Part shown: piece by piece, positions 30,736 to 39,313 of the stretch
Position numbering within the stretch: the first letter of the stretch is position 1
Layout of the letters: each line of letters opens with the position of its first letter
Assembly (NCBI GenBank): GCA_964392265.1
Contig: CAYMOS010000004.1
Span: 68,337-132,336 of the forward strand
DNA length: 64,000 nt
Origin: an uncultured Candidatus Saccharibacteria bacterium
GTDB taxonomy: Bacteria > Patescibacteriota > Saccharimonadia > Saccharimonadales > Saccharimonadaceae
Reading direction: 5' to 3'
Translations under genes and position numbers: made by a program
Notes under the pieces: generated by a model
Database searches by the model: none
Told to the model about the DNA's origin: nothing
Seen by the model: the letters and a program-made list of their open reading frames with translations, nothing else

Positions 30736-31779
30736 TTACTTCGCAATAAACAGGTACTCAAGTACCGTGTTCTTATTATCACCTATTTTGTGAGAATGTG
30801 TACCGAAAGAGTACTTATAATCAACCTCGATGACCTCAACGCTCTTTTTATGTTTCTTTAGTAGCTGAATCATCTCGTCTTTATTTGGAATGGAATTTGA
30901 TGAGTACGATACTAGTAAAGTACTGTCCGGGAACTTACCAAATAATTCATCAAATGCTCCGTGTATGGTCGTTTTCGAGCTAAAGCGTGACGGGTGGCTT
31001 TTTATCTTTTTAGTCTTTGTGTGTTCTTGAATTTCAACGTTTTGCCAGTAGGTCATATAACCCTCTACAAAGTGATACCGCCTCGTGTAATCGTTATCAG
31101 AGTGAGGGCTAACGTACGGAGGGTCGATATAAACTAAGTCATAGCCTTTATCTTCCAGTGAAAAGACGTCTTTGTTTTCAGCAAAGCACTGCACGCCGTT
31201 ATCAAAAACTGTATCGTTCCATTCACTTACAGCACGAATAAAATGCTCCTCCAGAGTCATACTCAGGTCTTTACGTCCGTCATCATAACGAAAACCAGTG
31301 TAGGCAAACATACCCCGTGGACGTCGCTTTATACACGCACGACTTACCGCAGCAAGTGCGATTGACTTCCTATATTCGTTACCTAAGAGTTGGATATTCC
31401 ACCATAGCCTATCGAGGAACTTATAGTCATTTTCATCAAAATAAAGCTCTTGAAATTTTTCCTGAATAAATGTGTGCTTACCAGGGTTATTTTTTACTAG
31501 GAATTTTACATCTTCATCAGATAGCGTAATATGACTATTTTCTATCGACGCATTGCCAATCTGATACGCAAATTTCAGGAAATCATTTGACGTAACGCTA
31601 ATGCCCATCTCTTTGAATAGATAGGCAACGCAACCACTACCAGCAAAGGCATCTAACGCCGTTTTTGGGTTAATTTGTTGAATAACTTGAGCAATAACAG
31701 GAATCAGTTTCCTTTTGCTTCCCATATATCGTGTGTTTGGGTATTTTGTTAGAACTTGTTTAGCGTCTTTAGTAGTCAT
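30736..31779 (-). CDS. N6-adenine DNA methyltransferase (D12/Dam-like), 347 aa
   Basis: YMGSKRKLIP, FAGSG (motif I) and YIDPPYV (motif IV). Confidence 0.8.
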   Translation of the reverse strand: MTTKDAKQVLTKYPNTRYMGSKRKLIPVIAQVIQQINPKTALDAFAGSGCVAYLFKEMGISVTSNDFLKFAYQIGNASIENSHITLSDEDVKFLVKNNPGKHTFIQEKFQELYFDENDYKFLDRLWWNIQLLGNEYRKSIALAAVSRACIKRRPRGMFAYTGFRYDDGRKDLSMTLEEHFIRAVSEWNDTVFDNGVQCFAENKDVFSLEDKGYDLVYIDPPYVSPHSDNDYTRRYHFVEGYMTYWQNVEIQEHTKTKKIKSHPSRFSSKTTIHGAFDELFGKFPDSTLLVSYSSNSIPNKDEMIQLLKKHKKSVEVIEVDYKYSFGTHSHKIGDNKNTVLEYLFIAK

Positions 31780-32614
31780 AGTTGGTGACGATAATCTCCG
31801 TTACCGCACCCCTTTTTGACGAATCGCTATTTATCATACGTTTTGCATAGACTGTATCTACGCGCCATTTTTTGTAGAGCTCGCGAGTAAAAGGAGTGTC
31901 TGAATTCGATAGCATGACATAACAGCCTCTATCACTTAACTCATTATACAGTTCAGCCAGCCTCTCGTGGTCGTTTTTGTAAAATTGCTCTTTATTGTAC
32001 CGCTTAAAATCTGAATATACATCTTTTGGGTAATATGGAGGGTCTAGATATATAAAATCTCCAGCCTTGGCGTTAACGAGTACTTTTTCAAAGCTCGCAT
32101 TAAAGACTTTTGTATCACTAAGTGTGTTGCTTGCGGCAAGCAGTCTTTCGGCTTGTACGATATTCGGATTCTTATAGCCTGCGAACGGAACATTGAACTG
32201 TCCACTTTTATTGACACGGTAAAGACCGTTAAAACACGTTCTGTTTAGATAAATAAGCCTTGCAGCTCTCTCGAGAGGAGCTAGTGAATAGGGGTCTTGT
32301 GCTCGGACTTCGTAAAAGAAATCTTTATCATTCACATAGCTTTTTAGTGCCTCTATAAGCTCTTCCGGTTGGTCACGAACAACGTTGTAAGCATTCACCA
32401 GGTCGTCATTGATATCGGCAATCACGGCAGTTTTAGGCGATACTGCAAAATATAAAGCTCCACCACCGATAAATGGCTCAAAGTAGACATTATAGTCTTT
32501 GGGCATTCGCCTCAGAAGTTCGTCTAACAATTGGGTTTTGCCACCAGCCCACTTTAGAAATGGTTGGCTTACCCTCTGTTTGACCGCGTTCTTTCGTGCT
32601 ACTGCTATACCCAT
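31769..32614 (-). CDS. N6-adenine DNA methyltransferase (Dam family), about 281 aa
   Basis: PFLKWAGGKTQLL, EPFIGGGALYF and YLDPPYY. Start moved to the ATG at 32614 (MGIAVARK). 11-nt overlap with the downstream methylase. Confidence 0.8.
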   Translation of the reverse strand: MGIAVARKNAVKQRVSQPFLKWAGGKTQLLDELLRRMPKDYNVYFEPFIGGGALYFAVSPKTAVIADINDDLVNAYNVVRDQPEELIEALKSYVNDKDFFYEVRAQDPYSLAPLERAARLIYLNRTCFNGLYRVNKSGQFNVPFAGYKNPNIVQAERLLAASNTLSDTKVFNASFEKVLVNAKAGDFIYLDPPYYPKDVYSDFKRYNKEQFYKNDHERLAELYNELSDRGCYVMLSNSDTPFTRELYKKWRVDTVYAKRMINSDSSKRGAVTEIIVTNYDY

Positions 32615-32930
32615 CTGCGTTGTATTATATACGGTTATGCTGATAAAGAGTAGTCTTACTTCAGTACACGAGTGGCACACAGATTACTTCGTTTTAATAC
32701 TTTGATCACATAAACATCTGTATTCTTACAGCACTCCACGTAAGGTATTCAAAAGTATACATAAACCTTTAATCTGGGGTAGCTCCCAGATAAGAGGCTG
32801 TCTTTTCGGATACACATATCCCTCACATTCTCCGTGACCCTCTCTTGACCCCTCTGTTATCCTAGCCTCACTTGCTTCGCGCCCTGTTTTGTGGGGATGC
32901 ATAACACAGCAAGAAGAAAGGAGACGTTGT

Positions 32931-33134
32931 ATGACGCAGCAGAAACAAAACAAACAAAGTGGCTTTCCTGCATCTAGCGGTGACATGGTGAGCTACAGCA
33001 AACGTGGCAGACCTTCACGTTCTGGCAATGTCCGTATTGAGCCTATCCATGTGCAGGAGCGTAATCTCACAAAGCTCGCACAGATATTAGAGCAGTATGC
33101 TCGGTACATGGATGCAAGTGCATCGAAAGCGTAG
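32931..33134 (+). CDS. Small basic hypothetical protein (67 aa) inside the island; a regulator or directionality factor is possible
   Basis: AAAGGAGA RBS 7 nt before the ATG at 32931. The listed ORF start at 32889 lacks an RBS. Confidence 0.35.
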   Translation: MTQQKQNKQSGFPASSGDMVSYSKRGRPSRSGNVRIEPIHVQERNLTKLAQILEQYARYMDASASKA

Positions 33135-33718
33135 CTTGGTTGTGTATGGTATCGCTCAGTAACGCGGCACAGTACGCAGATACGTGGCACTCTATACCTA
33201 TCGTTCCGCCTATCATGTCACTTGTGGGCTTTGCGAGCGAAACACCCCCGTTGTACCGATACAGGAACCATGTGACTGTTACCCTACTAAAGGGTAACGA
33301 CCGACCTCACGTGCGGGGGCGGAGTGATCAGGAGCAGCGGCAGTTAGTATTCGCAAGGTTGCTAGCCTAGGAGCGGATGGAGTCTGTGACAATCTAAAAA
33401 CAAACACAATCATCAATGTGGTAACAAATTGGCGTCGCTAGCAACAATCTAGCAATTAGCCACAACCTAAGCAATACCAACTAATGCCAACGAGAAGCCA
33501 GTGGCGTATGAGGATACACTAGCGTGGAATTTTAAGAGGCACACAGCTAAGGCTGCGCCATTAAAATCCTGCTTGAATAATCCTCATAAACCCACTGGAC
33601 TTCTCTCGGCAAGAGAGCGTTAATAGGATGACAGAAAGAATAATAACAGAGGTACATGGATACTTCGAACAAAATAATAACATAACCCGTGGCACCCGCC
33701 ACAGAAAGGAGGAAGCCT

Positions 33719-35407
33719 ATGAACACCCTACTACTCCAGAGTATGGAGCAAGTCACAGGCACTACGGAACGACCACGCATAGCCGTATCGTATGTCCGTG
33801 TGTCTACCAAGCGTCAGGCTGAAAAAGGCGGCACCAGTGAAGGCTTTTCTATCCCAGCACAAAAAGCAGCTAACCAACAAAAGGCAGAGAGTATGGGAGC
33901 CTTTGTCGTCAAAGAGTTCGTTGACCGTGGTGAATCGGCAAAGACCGCTGACCGTCCAGCACTTCAAGAGATGCTGTCATACATCAAGGAGCATAGAGTG
34001 GACTATGTTATCGTGCATAAACTAGACCGTTTAGCTCGTAACCGTGCAGATGATGTCGAGATAAGCAAGCTACTGAGTAGTGTCGATGTGCAGCTTGTGT
34101 CAACGACTGAGTCGTTTGACGACAGCACGCCATCAGGCAGCCTGATGCACGGCATTATGAGTTCAGTGGCAGAGTTCTACAGCAACAACTTAGCCCATGA
34201 AGTCAAGAAAGGTATGCTCCAGAAGGTGCAGAGTGGTGGAACACCGTCGAAGGCACCGCTGGGGTATAAGAATGTCATTAACCGTGACGAACTCGGGCGT
34301 GAGGCTCGGACGGTTATTCTCGACCCAGAGCGTGCCCCACTGGTCGCTAAAGCCTTTCAACTCTACGCCAAAGGTAATAAGACGGTACAACAAGTAGCCG
34401 ACCAACTAGCGGCAGAAGGCTTAACGACCGCCCCTACTCCAAAGATTCCCTCAAAAGCCGTTACCCAGCCTACGCTGAATAAAGTACTGACCAATCCGTA
34501 CTACAAAGGCATGATGCGTTACAACGGAGCACTGTATGAAGGAAGCCACGAAAAGCTTGTCGATGCCCAAACATGGCAACGGGTGCAAGATATTCTGAAG
34601 AGTAACCTACAGGGTGAGCGTACTCGTCAGCACCCCCACTTCTTGAAGAGCACCGTCTGGTGCGGTTCATGTGGTGGGAGATTACTCGTACAAGTCTCGA
34701 AGAACAAGATGGGTAATCACTACCATTACTTTATGTGCAGCAACAGGCACGGTAGACGCAATAACTGCCAACAGCGATCGGTGCAGTCCGATGAGGTTGA
34801 GCGACGAATTGAAGAATGCTACAAGGATATCTACCTGAGCGAATCCCAAAAAGAAAGCCTCAAAACGCTACTTTATGGGGAATTAGATGAACGTCGCAAA
34901 GAAGAACTATCTTCACAAGGCAACATACGACTCGAAAAGGATAAGATAGCGAGAAAGCAGAAAAAGCTGCTTGAAGCACACTATGCTGACGCTATTCCGC
35001 TCGACCTACTCAAGCAAGAGCAAGCAGCCCTTGAGCGAGCTATGGCCGACATTGAGACGAGGTTCTCGGCATTAGAGCAGAATTATACAGACGTAAAGAA
35101 GAATCTCGACATGGTGCTAGAGCTGGCAGTAAATGCCAAAAAGCTCTACAAGATAGCGCCCGAACACATCAAGCGAATGCTTAACCAAGTATTCTTCGAG
35201 AAGGTGTTGGTACACGCCCATGATGATGTCAAACCAAAGAAAACACCAGTCTTTGAAGCGCTACTATCCGCACAAACAAAACAGCTCGCTACTTCTAGCG
35301 AGCTGTTTGGCCAATCACTGCCGCAAAAGATGGTTTCTTATGCTCGGTGTTTGAGTAAGCAACTTTTGGTGATCCCGCGGAGAATCGAACTCCGATTGCC
35401 AGGATGA
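33719..35407 (+). CDS. Large serine recombinase/integrase (resolvase + recombinase + zinc-ribbon domains)
   Basis: IAVSYVRVSTKRQ catalytic-Ser block, VHKLDRLARN, PLGYKN, NPYYKGMMRYNGALYEGSHEKLV and CGSCGG...FMCSNR...C ribbon. AAGGAGGA RBS before the ATG at 33719. The last 13 codons are antisense tRNA-Glu sequence. Confidence 0.88.
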   Translation: MNTLLLQSMEQVTGTTERPRIAVSYVRVSTKRQAEKGGTSEGFSIPAQKAANQQKAESMGAFVVKEFVDRGESAKTADRPALQEMLSYIKEHRVDYVIVHKLDRLARNRADDVEISKLLSSVDVQLVSTTESFDDSTPSGSLMHGIMSSVAEFYSNNLAHEVKKGMLQKVQSGGTPSKAPLGYKNVINRDELGREARTVILDPERAPLVAKAFQLYAKGNKTVQQVADQLAAEGLTTAPTPKIPSKAVTQPTLNKVLTNPYYKGMMRYNGALYEGSHEKLVDAQTWQRVQDILKSNLQGERTRQHPHFLKSTVWCGSCGGRLLVQVSKNKMGNHYHYFMCSNRHGRRNNCQQRSVQSDEVERRIEECYKDIYLSESQKESLKTLLYGELDERRKEELSSQGNIRLEKDKIARKQKKLLEAHYADAIPLDLLKQEQAALERAMADIETRFSALEQNYTDVKKNLDMVLELAVNAKKLYKIAPEHIKRMLNQVFFEKVLVHAHDDVKPKKTPVFEALLSAQTKQLATSSELFGQSLPQKMVSYARCLSKQLLVIPRRIELRLPG

Positions 35408-35441
35408 AAACCTGGTGTCCTAACCGTTAGACGACGGGACC
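35367..35441 (-). tRNA. tRNA-Glu (anticodon UUC), CCA encoded
   Basis: Reverse complement GGTCCCG TC GTCTAACGGTTAGGAC A CCAGG TTTTCAT CCTGG CAAT CGGAG TTCGATT CTCCG CGGGATC A CCA folds as a cloverleaf by hand. Confidence 0.9.
35369..35384. repeat. Direct repeat GTGATCCCGCGGAGAA (right junction, inside tRNA-Glu)
   Basis: Identical to 27559-27574. Confidence 0.85.
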
Positions 35442-35465
35442 ATATAATGATACTGATACAGTTTA

Positions 35466-35494
35466 GCAAAAAAACAACCTCTTGAAAAGAGGTG
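35466..35494 (-). terminator. Rho-independent terminator (minus strand) between the high-GC segment and the tRNA-Glu promoter
   Basis: Minus-strand reading CCACCTCTTttcAAGAGGTTG followed by TTTTTTT. Confidence 0.6.
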
Positions 35495-35601
35495 GATGAT
35501 GGGTCGTTCGTCCCATCGAGGGGAACCAGTGGTACTGTGGGGTGCGTTTGCACACCCGTGTACACTTCTGGCTCCCCCCGACGGGGTTCGATCAGTGCGG
35601 C

Positions 35602-36015
35602 TCAGGCCGCGGCGGTGGCCCACAGGCGCGGACTACGCCGACCGTGTCCACGATCCACCTTCGTGGGCCGTGCCTGGCCATCGGTTGTCACAGCAGCCGA
35701 CCGCAGTCGGCTCTGCTCCACCAGTGGCATCACAGCCTGGCGACCTCCGTTGATGATGGCACCCTCGTCGACGAGGGCTTTGACCACCAGGGTGACGAGA
35801 GCTCGGTGAGCCCTCTTCTGTCGCAGACCGCCCAGGGGCTGGACTTCGGTGGTGATCCGGTCAACCAGATCGGCCTGCCAGGCCGGACCCTGCTTGACGC
35901 GGACGGCACCCTCGTGGAGCCGGAAATACACCGCGATGCGACCTCGCATCGCGTTGACCTGCGACTTGGTGAACTGGTGGCTGCCGTTGGACTTCTTGTT
36001 CTTGCAACGAAGCAT
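35602..36015 (-). CDS. Hypothetical basic protein (137 aa), divergent from the high-GC operon; a regulator is possible
   Basis: Frame chosen by third-position GC (about 80 % by hand count). The ATG at 36015 lies about 11 nt after GGAAAGG. The other listed ORFs at 35492-36142 are shadow frames. Confidence 0.55.
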   Translation of the reverse strand: MLRCKNKKSNGSHQFTKSQVNAMRGRIAVYFRLHEGAVRVKQGPAWQADLVDRITTEVQPLGGLRQKRAHRALVTLVVKALVDEGAIINGGRQAVMPLVEQSRLRSAAVTTDGQARPTKVDRGHGRRSPRLWATAAA

Positions 36016-36234
36016 TTGTATGCTCGCCTTTCCTGATCGTGTGAAATGTGCGATTGACGAACCCTTTCCAGGGGAAGCAGTATCTGACTGCAATTACCGC
36101 CAAATGTGGGCAAAGCGGGGGCTTTGACCCACATTCATCCATCGGATCTGCCGACGAATGAGAAACCTTTCATGGTCTCTGCGTTAGCGTCCTAGGACCT
36201 TCCTGGACAACGCGTAATCGAAACTATACACCTA

Positions 36235-36251
36235 TTGACAATCTTTGTCAA
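36235..36251. promoter_or_regulatory. Perfect palindrome TTGACAA-tct-TTGTCAA (candidate operator overlapping a -35-like TTGACA)
   Basis: Read directly. It lies in the AT-rich gap between the divergent high-GC genes, with a TAAAAT hexamer 19 nt downstream. Confidence 0.45.
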
Positions 36252-36350
36252 ATATATTGTAAAATAGTGTTTTGATCGCCCACCTCAACACTATATCTGG
36301 AGGTTCATCAAAAAATGCTTGTGCTTTTGTATATATAATTGTATAAGATA

Positions 36351-36379
36351 TTGACATTTTAAGCATTTTGTGATAAATT
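36351..36379 (+). promoter_or_regulatory. Promoter-like element (TTGACA, 15-17 nt spacer, TGtGATAAATT)
   Basis: Consensus -35 hexamer and an extended -10-like TGnGATAAA. Points toward the 36770.. operon. Confidence 0.4.
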
Positions 36380-36479
36380 GAAGGTAATCACCCGTGGGTG
36401 GTGTGAGGACTAACGCACAGGTGAGGATCGTTGATAAGTCAGATTATTACAGCACATGTACATCTGACTGCAAGGCGGC

Positions 36480-36593
36480 ATGAATAATGCGAATACGTAC
36501 GACCTGGTCGTACCTTTTGTCGTGTTATGCATGCTGCTTTGCAGCGCCACTTTTAGATGGGCGTTGAGCGTTTGCTCGCGCCGCAAAAAGTGA
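36480..36593 (+). CDS. Candidate 37-aa hydrophobic peptide (MNNANTYDLVVPFVVLCMLLCSATFRWALSVCSRRKK)
   Basis: Too short for the ORF track. AAGG lies 6 nt upstream. One TM-like segment plus an RRKK tail. A 7-bp hairpin (36438-36468) precedes it, and a terminator-like hairpin with T run (36497-36518) lies inside it, so it may instead be a leader or RNA element. Confidence 0.3.
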   Translation: MNNANTYDLVVPFVVLCMLLCSATFRWALSVCSRRKK

Positions 36594-36769
36594 AGAAGTG
36601 CATGTTTATTTAGTTTACCCATTAGGTATCATCACGATACTCCCGAAGGAGGTGACGTTCTGCGACCTTGGCGATCATTCGCCAGCAGAACGTTGCCTCT
36701 TTCACGAGGGCGACACTTGCTGCGGCAACCGTGCCAAAAGCAAGCTAACTCTCGGGAAGGAGCATCGTG

Positions 36770-37579
36770 ATGAGCAAGCCGAAGAACCAGAAGACCGTCA
36801 GCGCCAAGGCCCTGCTGGCCCAAATGGACGCCCTGGCAGAGCTCGCTCGCCAGGACTACGTTCGAGCCATCCAGGCTGTCGAGGCCAAGGTCACCGAGGC
36901 ACACGCCCTGCGGGGCACGGCTCTCGCCGAGGCCACCCAGGAGGCTCTGCCTCAGCGCGACGAACTGAGCAGGTTTATCGCCATATACGGCGATCAGGTC
37001 ATCCCCGCCCACGCGGCCGTCAAGGCCGCCGCCGCGAGGGATGACCTGCCCGCCGCGAAGGCTCAGGCCGACAAGATGCTCGACGGCCTCGAGGCCCTCG
37101 CTGCCATCTCGCCCGACCTGGCCAAGAAGTTTGAGGCCTACGAGCGCCGCCTGGCGACGCTCGAGGCCAACGACACGGCCCAGGAGGCCAAGATCAAGGC
37201 GCTTGAAGAGGCAGTCCGCCTGCTGAACGGCAGGATTGACTACATCAATAGCTACCTTGGGCAGGCCACCTCGGGCAAGGGCTTCGAGCCCTTCGACCCC
37301 TCCGGGTCGCCCGTGGCGCCGGTCGTCCCGTCGCCGGTCCCCCAGGACCCGGATCCCACCACGGATCCAGACAGCCTGGCGGCTGCCCCCGCGGCCGCCC
37401 AGACCGATGACGAGCCCGAGCCGCCGAAGTTCCCCAAGAAGGGGATTTTCCGGACGCTTCAAGAGCGCATCGGCCTTGGTCGTTCCAACGGGGACGGGGA
37501 CTCCGTCCCCTTCCGACCGAGCCAGTTCGCTGGCCCGGTCACGTCCAACAACCCCGCCACCGCCGGTGGCGCCCACTGA
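36770..37579 (+). CDS. Hypothetical Ala-rich coiled-coil protein with Pro-rich C-terminal half (269 aa)
   Basis: GGGAAGGAGC RBS, ATG at 36770 and high GC3. There is no signal peptide and no family is recognised. Confidence 0.65.
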   Translation: MSKPKNQKTVSAKALLAQMDALAELARQDYVRAIQAVEAKVTEAHALRGTALAEATQEALPQRDELSRFIAIYGDQVIPAHAAVKAAAARDDLPAAKAQADKMLDGLEALAAISPDLAKKFEAYERRLATLEANDTAQEAKIKALEEAVRLLNGRIDYINSYLGQATSGKGFEPFDPSGSPVAPVVPSPVPQDPDPTTDPDSLAAAPAAAQTDDEPEPPKFPKKGIFRTLQERIGLGRSNGDGDSVPFRPSQFAGPVTSNNPATAGGAH

Positions 37580-37587
37580 AAGGAGTG

Positions 37588-39252
37588 ATGATGAGCGTCA
37601 TTGCCATCATTCTGGGCGTCGCTGCGGCGGCGTCCTTCGTCCTTTGGACGAGAACAGGCAGGACCCGGCCAAACGGGGAGGTGTATCACCTCATCCCCGG
37701 AACGTACGGCTGGTTCCTGTTGGTCAGTGCCCTCGTGGCATACTTCTGGCCGTCCATCCAGGACGGACCGGTCGGACCCCACGCAGGACTGTTCGTCGCG
37801 GGCTGGGTACTCGCCGCCCTCGTGGTGGCAGTCGTCCCGTTCCTCGGAGCCGTCGCGGTTACGGCGGTGGTGGCAATCGTCGCCATGCTGGTCGGCCCCG
37901 TGGCCCCCGTCATCGCGGCGGAGGTCAACGGAATCCCCTCCAGCACCGCGTCCGCTTCACCAACCACCTCACCGTCCCCGACGGTGGAACCCACCCTCGC
38001 TCCGGCGACTCAGGTGGCGACCACCCCGGCGGATGTGCCAGCGACCTACCCTGATCGGTACCTCGAGCTTCTCCGGAAGCACGGGTACACGACGGAGACC
38101 GTCGACGGCCAGACCATCCCCGTCTTCGTGGCCAAGTCCACCAAGTACGAGGAGAAGCTCTGGACGGATGCCGTCTGCCTGCCGGTCAAGGACCGGGAGG
38201 CGGTACTGGCCATGGTACTGGGTTCACCCGACTGCGCGGCGCAAGTCGCGTCGGGTCTGCACCGTCTGCCCGTTCTCGGGCTCGACGGCAAGACCAAGCA
38301 GTTGGGCGACATCAGCCCCTGGCTGGCGGAGTGGTCCGACCCCTCGACCCTCAACGACTGGGCTCAGTCGGCGATGGAGTCAAAGGGTGCGGATCGCATC
38401 GAGTACGCGCGCAAGCTCGTGCTCATCGCGGTCCAGCTGGAGAGGTTCACGGACGGTGGAGTTGAAAAGGGTCGCGAGACCTCGTACAACTTCCACACGG
38501 TCGTGGACGGCAAGGGAGGTGCCCTGTCGGTCGACGCATCGAACCCCGAGGGAGCGATCCCCGAGTTCGAGCTGTCGCCCAAGCAGTACAAAGGTGACTT
38601 CGTCATCTTCCGTGTGACCTACAAGGGTTACAAGGGCTGCTGGGCCGAGTTCGGCGTCAACATCGGCGACGGCCGCTTCGCAGGGTTCACCTGCGAGAAG
38701 CCCAAGCCGACAGAGAAACCGAGCCCGAACCCGACGACGGACAAGCCGAACCCCGAGCCCACCAAGCCCGGGCCGGGGCCATCGACGCCGCCAACCACGG
38801 CGCCACCCAAGACGCCGGAACCAACGCCGACTCCGACGCCGACACCATCGGAGCCGACCAAGACGCCAACTCCGACGCCGACTCCGACTCCCTCGCTGGA
38901 CAAGCCGGACGAGAAGAATCCGAGTGAGCCGCCGGCCGTCAAGCCGACGACCCAGCCGGACCCGATCGAATCCAAGGCTCCGAAGCCAAAGGATCCGATC
39001 GTGCCGAGCGAGAAGCCGGGTGACCCGATCTCGCCGAAACCGGACAAGTCCGACAAACCGGCTGTTCCGGTCCCCGACAACGAGGACCATCCACGACCAG
39101 CTGACCCACCGAAGGAGGACAAGCCCAACACACCGCCCAAGGAGGACCCGGGTAAGGAGATCCCTGAGCCCGACGCCCCTCCGGCCGGAGCCCTGTTGGT
39201 ACTGGCCCCCTTCATCTGGGAGGGCATCCGAAGGTTGCGCCGGGCGGCGTGA
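37588..39252 (+). CDS. Hypothetical membrane protein: about 4 N-terminal TM helices, a globular domain, a long Pro/Thr-rich linker and a C-terminal hydrophobic segment plus RRLRRAA
   Basis: AAAGGAG RBS. Start at ATG 37588 or 37591. High GC3. PTPTPTPTPS-type linker. The tail resembles a sorting signal but I see no LPXTG. Confidence 0.65.
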   Translation: MMSVIAIILGVAAAASFVLWTRTGRTRPNGEVYHLIPGTYGWFLLVSALVAYFWPSIQDGPVGPHAGLFVAGWVLAALVVAVVPFLGAVAVTAVVAIVAMLVGPVAPVIAAEVNGIPSSTASASPTTSPSPTVEPTLAPATQVATTPADVPATYPDRYLELLRKHGYTTETVDGQTIPVFVAKSTKYEEKLWTDAVCLPVKDREAVLAMVLGSPDCAAQVASGLHRLPVLGLDGKTKQLGDISPWLAEWSDPSTLNDWAQSAMESKGADRIEYARKLVLIAVQLERFTDGGVEKGRETSYNFHTVVDGKGGALSVDASNPEGAIPEFELSPKQYKGDFVIFRVTYKGYKGCWAEFGVNIGDGRFAGFTCEKPKPTEKPSPNPTTDKPNPEPTKPGPGPSTPPTTAPPKTPEPTPTPTPTPSEPTKTPTPTPTPTPSLDKPDEKNPSEPPAVKPTTQPDPIESKAPKPKDPIVPSEKPGDPISPKPDKSDKPAVPVPDNEDHPRPADPPKEDKPNTPPKEDPGKEIPEPDAPPAGALLVLAPFIWEGIRRLRRAA

Positions 39253-39265
39253 CCCTATGACGTGT

Positions 39266-39313
39266 CCCCGGGCGGCGAGATCACGGCAACCTGCCGTGGC
39301 TCGCTGCCCGGGG
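39266..39313 (+). terminator. GC-rich nested hairpin at the right end of the high-GC segment
   Basis: CCCCGGGCGGCGAG ... CTCGCTGCCCGGGG (14 bp, one G-U) encloses CACGGCA acc TGCCGTG. There is no clear U tract. Confidence 0.5.

Larger units (their letters stand above)
27559..35384. mobile_element. Integrative island (about 7.8 kb) in the 3' end of tRNA-Glu: Shedu-like gene, type IIS-like R-M system, large serine recombinase
   Basis: Bounded by the 16-nt direct repeat. The recombinase sits at the tRNA-proximal end. The cargo is unrelated to the flanking housekeeping genes. Confidence 0.75.

Noticed and set aside
36598-37044. A 148-aa + strand ORF starting in the AT-rich leader.
   Set aside because: It crosses into the 36770.. 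gene in the wrong frame, has low third-position GC bias and has no RBS at its ATG.
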